64,000 nucleotides of DNA. Origin: Convolutriloba macropyga (lineage: Eukaryota). Positions 37,401 through 49,286 of the stretch are shown one piece after another. Under the pieces are notes generated by a model that was given only the letters and a program-made list of their open reading frames with translations, did no database searches and was not told the DNA's origin. How positions within the stretch are numbered: the first letter of the stretch is position 1; each line of letters starts with the position of its first letter. Position numbers and translations under genes: made by a program. The stretch spans positions 9,362,001 through 9,426,000 of the forward strand of contig NC_134480.1 of the NCBI RefSeq assembly GCF_964194025.1, read 5' to 3'.

Positions 37401-40400
37401 GTTTCTAAGATTATTATCTGCCGTTTGCTTTCGCGATCTTTTTCAGATTAGAATCATGAATTATTTGAGGGCAATTGATAAACTTGTCAGCTTTTTCAGA
37501 CTATCATTTTTTTGACCACCTCAATTATTTCGTTTTTTTAACGTTACCAAACGTTTTCAATCATATAAACCTTTGCTGCATTTTGTTTCTCTTGGTGACA
37601 GTGGTTTAAGTTTCACAAATTTTTAGCAGACCTGGAGAGGTAGCGAATTAATGGTTTAATACAAAAGGTAGTGGCTTCTTTGCGATTACAGTGTTGTCAG
37701 TGAAGTTTTGACGCTTCGAGTCTCTTCCGTAATTCTTCTGGCTATGTTTTTTTGTTTCGTCGTCTGACGCTCTTTTTTCGTTTTACATTTGTTCACTCTG
37801 CAAAGCTGAAAAAGTTAAATTTTCTGAATGACTTCTTCCTCTCACTAACGTCATTTGCGCGCGTGACGTCATTTCTCACTCGCTTTAGCAAAAGTTTTTA
37901 GGTTATTTGCGTGATTAGATTTTGATCATAAGTGACTTACCTCACTCAATAAAATGACTTTTGCACTTTAAAACTTAAGTTCAGTTTGAATTTGTTTAAG
38001 GTCAAAGGAACGCATTTGTGCAGTAAAGGTCCCTAATAAGAGGCTTCTGCGGAATGAATTTTAACAAGCTTTACTAATTTATCGCTGAATGTGTTTTACC
38101 TAGTTTTTTGAGCGGCGTCGATTTTTTTTTCAATTTAGATCTGTTTCGATCTCTATTGTATGTCACGCAGGTCTATTCTTTCGCAGCTATTCCGGCAATC
38201 TGCCGGCTATGTTTTTAGTCGTTCGTTTGTCTTTCAAATGCAAAATATTTGATTGACCGTTGTTTTGCGAAAATATCTGCTCACTTGAGCGATTTGACTT
38301 CTCGGGTGACTTTTTTTACGCTTCACTGCTTGATTTTTGCGTGACCGATTTTACTCCTATTCGCGTCACTCGAAAGCAATCGTCCGACTTCCTTGATTTG
38401 GTGTTTTGGGAATCGAAATTTTACGAAAGCTATGAACAATGCAGCAAGGGAGTTTATGTATAAGTTATGGACAATTTTTTTTCTCAATTTTGGAAAACAG
38501 CACATTTTTAAAAAACGATTTCAACCAAAGTTACTCTCAAGCATTGTAATTCTCTTGGGAAAACCCGAAGTGTATAACATTTGTTTCCTTCGCTTATAAT
38601 TGCTCTCAAGCAACGTTTGTAGCATTGATATGAGTGTTGCGGTCTTTTTATGCGATTTTTTACTTGACCGATTTTTTGTCTGACCTTTTTGACTTGTCGT
38701 CCTCGAAAGCGGGATATACTGGTAAATCCCGGAGAGGAGGGCATTACGTGCTCTTAGAGCCTTATGGCTCTTGACTCACTAATCTCTAAGTATGCGATTC
38801 ACTGAAGCAGCTTAGGAGACACAAATAGATGATATGAAGGGTGGTTCTTAGAGTTTGCCCCCCTTGAACCCTCCACCACTCTTCCTCATTCCAACGGTAA
38901 CACCGAACACTCGGCGCCTCCGCGTCGGACCATTACCCTCTCATGCTCATCCCTTTCCCTTCAATTAAGCTAAAGCTAGCCTTCCTCAACCGCGCAGCTG
39001 GCTATCGACGAAGCAAACCGCTCGACAGTAGTTTGAGAGCAATTCGCTCGATGTTAGTTGGTAATGTTTTGTCATGTTGAGCTTCGAATTAAAATTAGTT
39101 CTTAGGGTCGTTCGAGATGGCTTTCTGGCATCGAACAAACTGCCCCTGATCTCGTTATCTGCCCTCGGTTTTCTTTGTATGTCAGAATTACAAATTTAAT
39201 TATTTGCTACCGGGGTTTTGTTCAGAGTAGGGGAGAAATTCTGCTTAATTTTTATAGGTTACAACTGACCATACTTCGAGGGTGAGATTGACTCAGTACA
39301 CGCGGTCTGCCTCAATCTGTGGTCTGTTTGCAGTCCCACTAGTAGAGTTCTGCTACGAGACATACGGAGATACAGGTGAGAAACCATTTAGAAATTTATA
39401 AAGTTACGAGCTGCTCAATGTTAAGTAACTGCATCAACATTTTCAATGATGGTAAAGGACACTTTTAAAATTTTAACCAATGTTATGCAGTTGTGAAAGA
39501 TCATACTGTTTAGTAGGACACGATTTTTTTAAAGACAAATGTATGATTTGGCCTAGCATTCCTGACGGTTTCAGTTTGCTAAATATTTTGTAATTTTATT
39601 GTAGTTTATTACAAACATTGGTTTTAAGTTTCATGTGTACTACATTAGTTGTGTTTCAATCTGCTGAATCACATCGCTATACTGGGCTTTTAAAGCTGAT
39701 CGATCACTTTTTAGACTCGAGTAACTCAAAATTTTTATCAAACTTTGTGAATGAATGTTTGGTTCTATTTTAACTTGTCTTTGTTTTATGATACAATTCA
39801 AATGGGGTAAATTATCACAAATAGCGACAATTTAATTACTAATAACTAATAGACTAATTTTTGTACTGCTTTTAGGGTTCTATGTGTGTCTAATATTCAT
39901 CGCAATTGTTGCTACAATCTTCATGTGTATGACGGGCTTGTACACAAAATCAGTGATCAATAGAATAGACGAATTGCCTTCAGCCGATGAGCCTTCATTT
40001 TTTTCAAGACAGTACTTGAAACTCAACTTAGAAATTCTCCTCAACAGAAACTTTCTCTGCTTCGTCACCATGAATTTCCTAACAGTCGGTTTGGGACATT
40101 TCGCAGCGAACTTCACCAAAATTTTCAGCGAAGATCTGCAGCTGTTTTCAGAGTCGAAAAGCAACAAAATCTTGTTCTTTTTCTTCAATTCGATTGGTGG
40201 AAATTCTTATATATTACTACTTTCACCCTTGATCATGATTTACGGATCGCACATGATTGCATGTGCATCTTTTTTCCTAGTACTTTTATCAAGCGTAGTC
40301 TTGTACTTTTACAGAACATTCGCGATGATAGTTACTCAAATTATCGTTCTAAATGTGGTCGCGCATGGAATCGGAGGTCTGACCGACGTTTTCGTGTCAA

Positions 40401-41450
40401 GTTTGATCGATGAAGACATGGTGAGATATAAACGAAGGCTTCCGATTTCGTCAATGTTTTTTGGTCTGAATGCCCTGGTGACGAAGCCAGCTCAATCGCT
40501 ATTTCCGATGCTGGCTGTTTTCTTTCTGGACATGACGAAAATTGAAAACAAAGATGGTGCGTTTTCATTGACCTTCCATTCAGTCCCCATATCTTTGCGC
40601 ATTTTGCGTTTTCGCCCCCACGTGTTATTATTGAAGCTTTTCAGGGGGGAGGGGAGAGGAAGGGAACGGAGGGAGGGGGTGCATAGTAAATGGTGTACTG
40701 TGAGGGACAGGCGAGAGGGGGTTGTTAAAAAGCGCTTCTAGTAGTAAAAAATGATGTGAAGTTTACGCTAGCAGGGGGAAGTATGAACTCTGAAACTTTA
40801 GATTCTGCTTCAAAAAATCAGTAAAGAAAATAATTTCTTCCCTTGCCCCACAAAATTATTGACACTCACTCATTTAGCTTGTTTTCGGTAATTGGGAAGC
40901 TTTGTATTCGAGACCCACTACCCTTCTTCTGGAGGCCGCTAAAACGGATGAACAAAACCAAAAATAAGTGATGTTTTTCCACTAGGGCGTTTATACCAAC
41001 TTTGACAAATGGTACTGATACAAGTGGGCGTGATACGTGATATTAATCCATTTTGCTCAAACTCCAGCCCCCCCCCCCCCACTATTAGTAGGTGCGAATT
41101 ACTTCTACCCCGCAAGTTTATCGCATAATGATTTACTATTTAATGGTACATACTCCATAACTCGTGAACGTACTGGAGTTGGAGGAGGAGGGGGGGGGGG
41201 GGGGTGGCGGGTGGCGGGGGGATATAACAGAAAAGATCCAGTGCCCAGCTAATTTAATGATTTCCACCAATTTTCAGGTAAAACTGTGAGGTCACAAGAG
41301 GCAATAGTGACTTTAATGTGTGTCTTACCAATGATCACAGCTCTTCTCCAGCTCATCATATTCACACCTTTCCGCATGAACATTGTGACCGCTTCAAGAG
41401 GTGGAAACTCCACCAAGATGCAGGTGGATTTGAGCAAAGATTGGGAGTAG
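31222..41450 (+). CDS. MFSD13A: MFS transporter MFSD13A/TMEM180-like, paralogue A (~472 aa, 5 coding exons)
   Basis: Exons 31222-31449, 35608-35826, 39258-39375, 39876-40556, 41278-41450. All GT-AG and phase-consistent (0,0,1,1) with an open frame. Motifs WNAINDPIFGW, YGAPLF, IDEDMVRYKRRLPISSMFFGLNALVTKPAQS. An alternative in-frame ATG lies at 31204, upstream of a tttcag acceptor. Confidence 0.92.
31932..33220 (+). mobile_element. 5'-truncated LINE with uninterrupted RT/C-terminal ORF (31942-33171) in intron 1 of gene A
   Basis: Begins GFRMKRS; FDFSKAFD, GVPQGSVFGPLLF, FADD, KDVGL; ends CTWTFICICENCR; (AAT)n tail; AATA on both sides. Confidence 0.95.
33300..34390 (+). mobile_element. Heavily decayed LINE (CR1/L2-like) remnant
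   Basis: CRYLGVQIDSKLT (~33660), FKSIVLSHLSFSG; 3' inverted repeat ccacaattt/aaattgtgg. Confidence 0.65.
35608..35826 (+). CDS. MFSD13A: MFSD13A-A exon 2
   Basis: ttag|DHSSAKWIRSRQLNILYGAPLF..HCSLFAE|gtaagg. Confidence 0.92.
35890..39070 (+). mobile_element. Cluster of Helentron-type non-autonomous (HINE-like) elements in intron 2 of gene A
   Basis: 3' ends cttccgtaattcttctggctatgtttt (~37725) and gcagctattccggcaatctgccggctatgttttt (~38185). 37850-38220 is homologous to 53640-53997, and 38700-39070 is homologous to 55180-55400 and 58330-58510. Confidence 0.6.
39258..39375 (+). CDS. MFSD13A: MFSD13A-A exon 3
   Basis: atag|VTTDHTSRVRLTQYTRSASICGLFAVPLVEFCYETYGDT g|gtgaga. Confidence 0.92.
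39876..40556 (+). CDS. MFSD13A: MFSD13A-A exon 4
   Basis: ttag|..FYVCLIFIAIV..LDMTKIENKD g|gtgcgt. Confidence 0.92.
41278..41450 (+). CDS. MFSD13A: MFSD13A-A terminal exon
   Basis: ttcag|..KTVRSQEAIVTLMCVLPMITALLQLIIFTPFRM..DWE*. Confidence 0.9.
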
Positions 41451-42220
41451 ATTGCAGTGGAGTTGCAATTAATAAGCAGATTAATAGTAGGAGTATGCTG
41501 TGCTTACGTTTGTTTCCTTTGAACTATCAAACTGCATTTTCGAAGAGCTTCGATAGAGAGAAAATATAATAATTTTCAAAAATACTTAAAATATGGATAA
41601 GCGTTTTCAGATAATCAAACAAGAATATAAAGTTTCCGCACCCTTACTGTGGAGATGGAATAATCAGATTAAAATGGGTATAAACCCTTTCCCACGCAAA
41701 TGATTTTTGAGGCAATAATGCAATATTCGTTGGTTCATATATAGTAAATGAAATTAATGTTAAAATAGACTTATTAAGTTTATTGATTTTCTCTCTATTG
41801 AAGTCCGGTTCACTTCTTTTATCTATCATATAATAAATTTTGTTGATTTTCTGGTTGTTTATTTATGCTCTGGTAGTAATCTAGGATTTTTTGGCAAAAA
41901 TTGGTGTATTATCATTCTTGTAAGGCTGCTCATGTGTTATGAACTTGAATCAATTAAGCAATCATCTAATTCTGCTAAGTGTAACTATGCATATTGTGCT
42001 ATCTCTGTCATATCAATTATTCTTTAAACTCCATTTTTTCCTGTTACGGTTGTTTAGTATCTGTATATTTTTAAAACGTCACTTTGCATTATATTTTGTA
42101 ATTGAATGTTTATTTTTCACTTGGAGGAACTATATTCGTGTAAAAATTGTTTATTTGTAATTTAAGCTTCTCCGAAATTTTCTTTGCTTTTGACGTCGAA
42201 GTTATAGAAACGGTCTTATG

Positions 42221-43070
42221 AAAATAGCCGCCTCAGCTTCTCAGCCGGCTATTATAGCGCTCCTATTTTTTACAATTCAAAGAATTTGAATTGTATTGGG
42301 GCGCTGTCTTAAGATCTGTCCACACAGTATCATGATTTTTGAAGTCAAATTGGAGTAGTGATTTTGGTCACGTCGAAACAGGAAGTGGAGCGAAAAAGCG
42401 AGTGGTTTTGCGGCGTGAAATTTTTTTCGCTCTAATTTTAAAGTAGAGTGAGAAAACGGTGTTTGAAAAAAAATTCGCTTTTTCTAGTGGTTTTTTTGTT
42501 CACATGCGGCAATTTCACTTTGATTTTTACTGTTTTTGCAATTTTTAAGATCCGATTTTTTCTAAATCGTTTTCCCAATCCATTCATAGTTCATTCTAGG
42601 ACTAGTTGTTTGTTTGAACCAAATTAGCATATCTCGCTAGTGGTTTTTCGTTCGCATGCGGCATTTTGACATTGATTTTGTTTTATTTTTATTTTTTGAT
42701 CTAATTTTTTTTAGAAATGGTTTCCCAATTCACTCAAAGTTCGTTCGAGGCCTAGTTTTTTGTTTTGTCAATGTTTAGTCAATTTTTGTTTAGTCAATGG
42801 AAATGAAACGAATTGAAACCGGATAAACCCATAAAGCCCATTTTTAGATGCCCGTTTCTCGAACTTTGTTCTTAGTTAACATCTCTAATGCTTATTGGTA
42901 TTGATACTGGCCTCTGTGTCGTACCACTACGAAACATGAATATTTCAGCTCCAAAATGACATCAAAAGAGTTCGCACTTTAAAATTGTTTGTGTACAAAA
43001 ATTATTTTTTATTTTTTTTTCTTCTTTCAATCCCAATCTTAATTGTGGAAATCAACGGCGGCTATGTTTC
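42221..43070 (+). mobile_element. HINE-like element
   Basis: 5' hairpin aatagccg..cggctatta; 3' gcggctatgttt; shared internal block (caattcaaagaatttg..gaagtcaaattggag) also seen at 43460, 44490, 44850, 47170 and 57800. Confidence 0.6.
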
Positions 43071-44589
43071 GGTAATATGCGGGGTATGGTTTGTTAGTTG
43101 CTCTCGAACGAATTTTGAAGGCTTTCCGCAAAATTGTTGCTTAATTTTTTTATAAACATTTGGTCGCTCGGTTGAACGATTTAAGTTGACTTTCCGTCTT
43201 CAAAAACGGGATAATTGATGACAGGCCGTTTTTTTTTTAAAAAAATTAATAGGGTGTATGTCGCTTAACTGTTTACCACCTTTGCTCTAGTGGAAACAAA
43301 TATCGTTGAGTGTTTTTCTATTGGACCCGATTTCTCGTATGATAATTTTTATCTGACTTTTCGATGAACTTCATCGCTCTTAACAGAATTCAGTGATTTG
43401 ATTTTATCTTCACTTACTAATAGTCGCCGTCAGCCTCTCAACGGTTATTATTTAGGCGCTCTCTTTACGATTCAAAGAATTTGAACAGGATGTGAAATTC
43501 AATGCCGCACGTGCAAAAATTGTGATTTACTTCTATTGTTTAACGAAAATGGAGAGCGGAGAGAAGAGAAAGTGGTCTTTTCGTTAAGCGAGCGAAATTT
43601 TTAGATCACGTGCTGCTTTTTTGCAGCAGTTTTTTTTTATTTAGTTTTTACTTTGCATTTTCGGGTAAAGTGGTTTTTCTAAACCATATTAACATAAACT
43701 TTGTTTCGGACCATTTTTGACCATCTCAATCATATACTTTTTTTTATATGCAATTGTGAGGTATTTTTGTTATTTTGGCCTTTTTTGACGATTTTTTACG
43801 GGTTTTAGTACTCTTTTTCTGGTTAATAGTGTCCAAGGCAATTTCTGAGATTGCAATTGGATTTGTGGATTTTTCATTTCCTTTTTTATAAATTTTTGAC
43901 CAATTTTTTTCTGGCTTTCAGAATGTTTTTTCATATCGAATTGTTTAATTAGGGTTAGTGCTAGGGTTATTATTACTAAGTGAAAACAATAAATGTCTGT
44001 ATAGCTCATATTTTCATAAAATATTTAATTCTGCAGTTTTTAATTCTTGCTCATGTTTTAAGTGTTTTCAGTGCGTTTAAGTGTCGCGTGGTTGTCTAAT
44101 GAATAAGAAAAGAATTATTAAAAAAACACGGGTTTCTCATTTTTCGTGATTCTTTTCTGCTTGCTCGGTTTTTCTCCTTTCTCGGGGATGTATCGTTGTT
44201 TTTTTCCATCACTTGATTTTTGTTTGGTAAACACAATCGAATGATACCAGGTAATATATTATAAGCCCTGTTTTGCGGAGTTGCGACTCACAAAATGTTT
44301 CTCAGAAAATTTTTTTCATTATTTGCTTTTATTCTTTGGTATTTCTTTTCCTCAGTTTGTTTTCAATTAAATTGTATAATGTAGTTGATAGTGCTATCAG
44401 TTAATGGTTGGCTTGGGTTTTAAATTACAATTTACTTCGAGTCGGTTCAGGAACTTACGTTTTTTAATCTAATCACATATTTTATGAGTTTTGAAGTCAA
44501 ATTGGAGTGATAATTTTGCTCTCGCCTAAAAAGTGGAGCGAAATTTTGATTGGATTTTCTATATAGCGTTCTCAATCCATTCAAAGTCC

Positions 44590-45660
44590 ATTCTCTGACT
44601 TCGACACTAATTGTTTTCTTCAAGAAATATTGTCGAGTTTTTTTTTAATTCTGCTAGTTTTTATTGTAAGTTTTTGGCTTATCTCTTAGTATATGGGAGT
44701 CAGAGGTGCTTTAAATAATACTGTGAAAATGTTAATTGTCAGGTCATCAATTAATTCAATTCATCAGATTGTAATTCAGGAGTTGTTTAGTCAATGAATA
44801 TTTTTACATTTGTAGGTCAGTTATTGTCCTGTTATGTTTTCACAATCCAAAGTGTTTGGATTGTATTAGTGTGCTGTCTTTTTTAAGATCTGTTCACACT
44901 TTTTTCCTACTTTTTGACGTTGGTGAAAAGTCAAGTTAGACTTGTGATTTTAATCACGATGGTGTAGTAAAGGGAGCGAAAAATGGATTAGGTCGGAGGT
45001 GTGATTTTTCCAAACTCTTTAAAATAGAGTGAAACAAGTTTTCAGTTTTTTCCCAGGTATTTTCACGTGTGTCATTTAAACTTCTGTTTTAAGTGTTTCT
45101 TTTCTTGAGTGCCCTTGAAGTGATATATATGTGTTCTAATTGTGCCTTTTTGCAATTGCCTGATTGATCAGTTGGCAGCTCTAGTTTTTATTACTTTGAC
45201 ACTATTTGTAGTCATAAAATTTTAGTGAATATTTGATTTTTGCCCACTTTTTCAAAATTGTTCTCTTGTCTTTTCGCCTAATATCATTTTTTATTTAATC
45301 GCATTAGCGTTAATAATCGCATTAGCGTTAATAATCGCATTAGCGTTAATTATCGCATTAGCGCTAATTTAATCGCATTAGCGTTATATCTCGTAGAATC
45401 CTAATAATTTTATTTTTTCTATTTGGTTTTTTTTTAATTTAAAGCTGCTGATTGCTCTGACTTTGACACTTATTGTTTTCAAGAAATATTGTCTTGTTTG
45501 TACTTTTGCTAGTTTTTATTGTCAGTTTTTGTCTTATCTCTTAGTATTTGGGGTGAGAGGTGATTGCCTGCTTTAGTTTAATAGCGCTGTAAAAATGTTA
45601 ATTGTCAGGTCATCAGTTAGTTCAAATTCAATTCTGCGGATTGTAATTCAGGACCTGTTT
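44590..45660. repeat. Local ~200 bp direct duplication (44590-44790 and 45455-45660)
   Basis: ctctgactt(c/t)gacact..ttatctcttagtat..aaaatgttaattgtcaggtcatca occurs twice. Confidence 0.8.
45296..45386. repeat. 18-bp minisatellite (TAATCGCATTAGCGTTAA) x5
   Basis: Directly visible; no unique spacers. Confidence 0.95.
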
Positions 45661-47872
45661 TTTCTAATTCGCTTTAACCTTTTGATCACGTTTTTCGTTT
45701 TACATATATCACGAGTTTCACGTTTGATCGTGACTTTGCTCTCAGTTTCAAGTGAATGGATTTTAAATTTTTTCGTGCCTTGAATTACGCAATATTGTGA
45801 ATACGGTCAAATCGATGAAGCCCGGTCATTAAGTCATATTGCCTTTGTTTATCAAAGCTCTTTAGAGTGATTGCTAGCAGACATTAGTAATAAGCTTTAT
45901 AGTTTTTAGTTTAGAGGCTGAGTTAAGAATAGCTTTAGAATATAACTGAAACTGCACGCCAATTGGGAACACTTTTTGACACTTAAAGATTTCGATCAAT
46001 TTCAAGGTTGAGTTCTATCTCTTCTTTTTCTGTTTCAATCCCTATTTGCGTCGACCGCGGGTAAATTCCGGAAATTTGCCGGCTATTTTTAAGAATTTTA
46101 AGCTGCTGAACTACTCATGTGATCGCAGTCTACTACTAAAAGTCAAATCAAATGCCAAAGCTGTTTTTTTAGGAATTTTTCCAAATTTTAAGATTTGGAC
46201 AATTTCAAATTGAAAAAAAGTTGGTGAACCTCACGGAAAATTCTCAACGTTAAAATGCAACCGCAAACTCTTTTACTTTGAGTTCTGTGAGTCCTTTGAG
46301 TGTTGCGACCAAAATTGGTTTTTATCCCATACTTTGATGAGAGTTTGTAAATTTAGGTCGTTTCGGCCCCATTCATCATTTCTTATACCCTAAGATCCAA
46401 TTTTGAGCTATTGTTCAACAACCATTTTGCTATATTATACCCTTGTTAGCCGTTCCAGTATTGTTTTTTGAATGTATAACGTTCTGCCGTAGTTTTTGTG
46501 GTTGCAAGTAGTTATCTTGCTAGGTTTGGTCAATGTCAATTTTTATTTGTTTTAAGGTAAATTGATTAAATTAATTCAGCTTTTAACCTGTATTTTTTGT
46601 ATTTTGCCCGTTTCTTTCGTTTGTGCTCGCCAGAATAATTGTGCTTTCATGAGCCTCTCTACAGGTCTTAGAACTAGCACCCCACCCCTACTTTTGCGTC
46701 TTGTTTTTGTTGGGTTGTTGGGGGGGTTGTCTGTTGTGCTTAGATGCACTGCCAATACAAACGGTACCAGAATTTAGGCGTTGGAACTTGTAAGAGAATT
46801 CTGTAAAAAAATTGTTGACAGATTTTCGATCTTTTTCATTGTTATTTTTCATCCGTTTTCTGAGTGTTTAGTTGATGCTTGGGGAGTCATAGATTGTTTC
46901 AATGTTCCATTGGTTGTTCCAATGTGGGAAGCGATTGATTGATTAAAAGGTTGTACATTTTATGTTTAGTAAACGATTTTTTTTGTAGTTGTCGACAATG
47001 TTCAAAAGGCTTTCTGGTTTCGTTTCCGCTGTTTTGTAAGCTCAAATTTTTCGAGGTTCGTATCATAGAATGCGTGGGCTTGTAAGTGCGCGGCTGGCAT
47101 GGCTGTAGATCGATTTTTAATTCGAATTGATACCGCAGGCTACGTTTTAAAACGATCTGTTCGTCTATTTTTGAAGTCAAATGTGAGCGGTCAAGGTCAA
47201 ATTTTCTTGCTGAAGTGGTTAAAGAGCAAAACATTGCGTATATTTAACATTCGAATTTTATCAAACAAAAGTGGAGTGAGAAAATTCAGCATTTTTTTGT
47301 TTTTTGATGGCAAATATTGATTCACATGCTGCAAATTGACGTTTTTTTCATTTTTTTGTCATCGCGAATTTTTTTAGGGAAATAAATGTGTCCTAACAAT
47401 GCATGCATTCATTTTAAGGACAGTTAATTGTTAATATGACTAAGACAGCATTTATGTTTTATTGCTACATCTTGATAAACAATGTAATTTTTTCAACTAG
47501 CATGCAAACTTGAACCCTTTTCTTTTCGATTTGGATCCATACTTTTTTGTTTAAAAAATAGCATTACTGAACATTGAAGCAACTATTGTATTTTTTATCT
47601 CAAATAATTCGACTATGATTGACGGAGCTATTGGAAACAGAAGGCGCAGTTATCCAAATGACTGATAAAAGTTTGCTAATCAACGGCGCTCTACAAGCAC
47701 ATTTAGGAGAAAGAGTGCTGTAGATACTAGGGAAATGAAATGTTGTTACGTTGACACAAAACCAAGACTTGTTTGGCGAATTAAATATCGTAGATGGACA
47801 AAACCTGAATTACGATTCAAAAGGCCGAAATTTTCACAAACTTGACCACCTCGCTTACTTTATAACTACTCT

Positions 47873-49286
47873 TCAACCAAATGTGGTCATTTTGTAAAAA
47901 GTTCAAAATTATATCGAATCATCAATTCGGATTTCAACCCAAAATTTCCTGCATACACGCTCTCATCAAATTTACGGAATACCTTAGAAATAATTGTGAT
48001 AAAAATCAAAGCACTCAAGCATGTTTCGTTGATTTGAAAAAAGCTTTCGATACTCTGAATCACGAGGTATTGCTCATAATACTTGACAGATTGGGATTTC
48101 GTGGCATTTTTCACAACCTACTCAAAGGCTATTTGACGAACAGAATCCAAATAGTACAAAATGGTAAAAACAGATTGTCAGAATTGAACTTGACTTGTGG
48201 CGTCCCACAGGGCCCAGTCTCAGGGCCTTTGCTTTTTCTTCTGTATAAAAATGACTTAACAGAAGTTATACGTGATAGTGAGATTGTGCTATTCGCAGAT
48301 GACACCACTATATACACCTCTGGTCCGCAAAACTCGAATCAGAAACAACTTTCAGATGACATCGAAAGGGCAAACGAGTGGTTTTCGGAAAACGCATTAA
48401 CTGTTAACAACAACAAATGTTATACGATGATTTTTGGAAAAAATGGTATCGCACACTACAACGCACTTGGTGAGTCTTCGCAGAAATTAGTCGGAAAGTA
48501 TTTGGGCATCATAATTGATAATAAATTGAGTTTTACATAGCAAATAAAACGAATATGCACTGAACTTGCTACATTCTGTGGAATTATATACAAAGCTCGC
48601 AATCTTTTCCAAGAAACTGTTTTACAACTCCTACGCAAAATCAGTCATACAATATGGTATTCTAATATATGGTAGTACTAAAAAATGATTTGAATAAAAT
48701 ATTGAAGCTACAAAAGAGAATAGTAAGGGCAATATTTTTCAAGCGAAAATATGATTCCATCTCAGAAAAATTGACTGAAGTCCAAGTTGAAACTGTTTTC
48801 GATCTATACTTGAAATTCTTGTTCAACGAATTATTCTGCCAAATCAGAAAAGTTAGCCCTCTTGATTTATTGAATATTGAAAAAATTGACAATAGGAGAC
48901 ATCTACGGAGTAAAACTAGAGGCATTCTCCCTTCTGTTCCGTGGCACTGTAGAGTAATGAAATTTTCACTATCCAGGAGACTAGTTTTTGCTTATAACTA
49001 TGCGAAGGAGAACCACCTCATACCTGAGAACATATGTGCTATGTATGATAGTACTTTCAAAACATTTTGTCAATTTCTTTCGAATCTATGTCCTTGACAG
49101 CAAAGACTTACACGACCTGATTTTCAACTAGTCCACCTACAAACTGTTTTTCCTTTCCTCTTAGCCTTGCCAAGGTGACCTGCTTGTGAGCTGAAAAGCT
49201 CGTCAGGCAACCTACTGGATGACCTTGTTATATGATTGATCATCTTTTGTATTATGGTCTCCAGTAAATGCAACTTCAGTTCAACT
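47873..49286 (+). mobile_element. 5'-truncated CR1-group LINE, disabled
   Basis: QFGFQ, VDLKKAFDTLNH, GVPQGPVSGPLLF, FADDT, KYLG; stop at 48540; frameshift into ORF 48669; 3' hairpins. Confidence 0.93.

Noticed and set aside
39884-40741. Single-exon 285-aa transporter gene as in the ORF track (likewise 56918-57667)
   Set aside because: These are internal exons reading through into introns; similarity between the paralogues stops at the GT donors (40557, 57624).
45296-45386. CRISPR array
   Set aside because: Head-to-tail 18-mers with no unique spacers, no cas genes, and a eukaryotic context.
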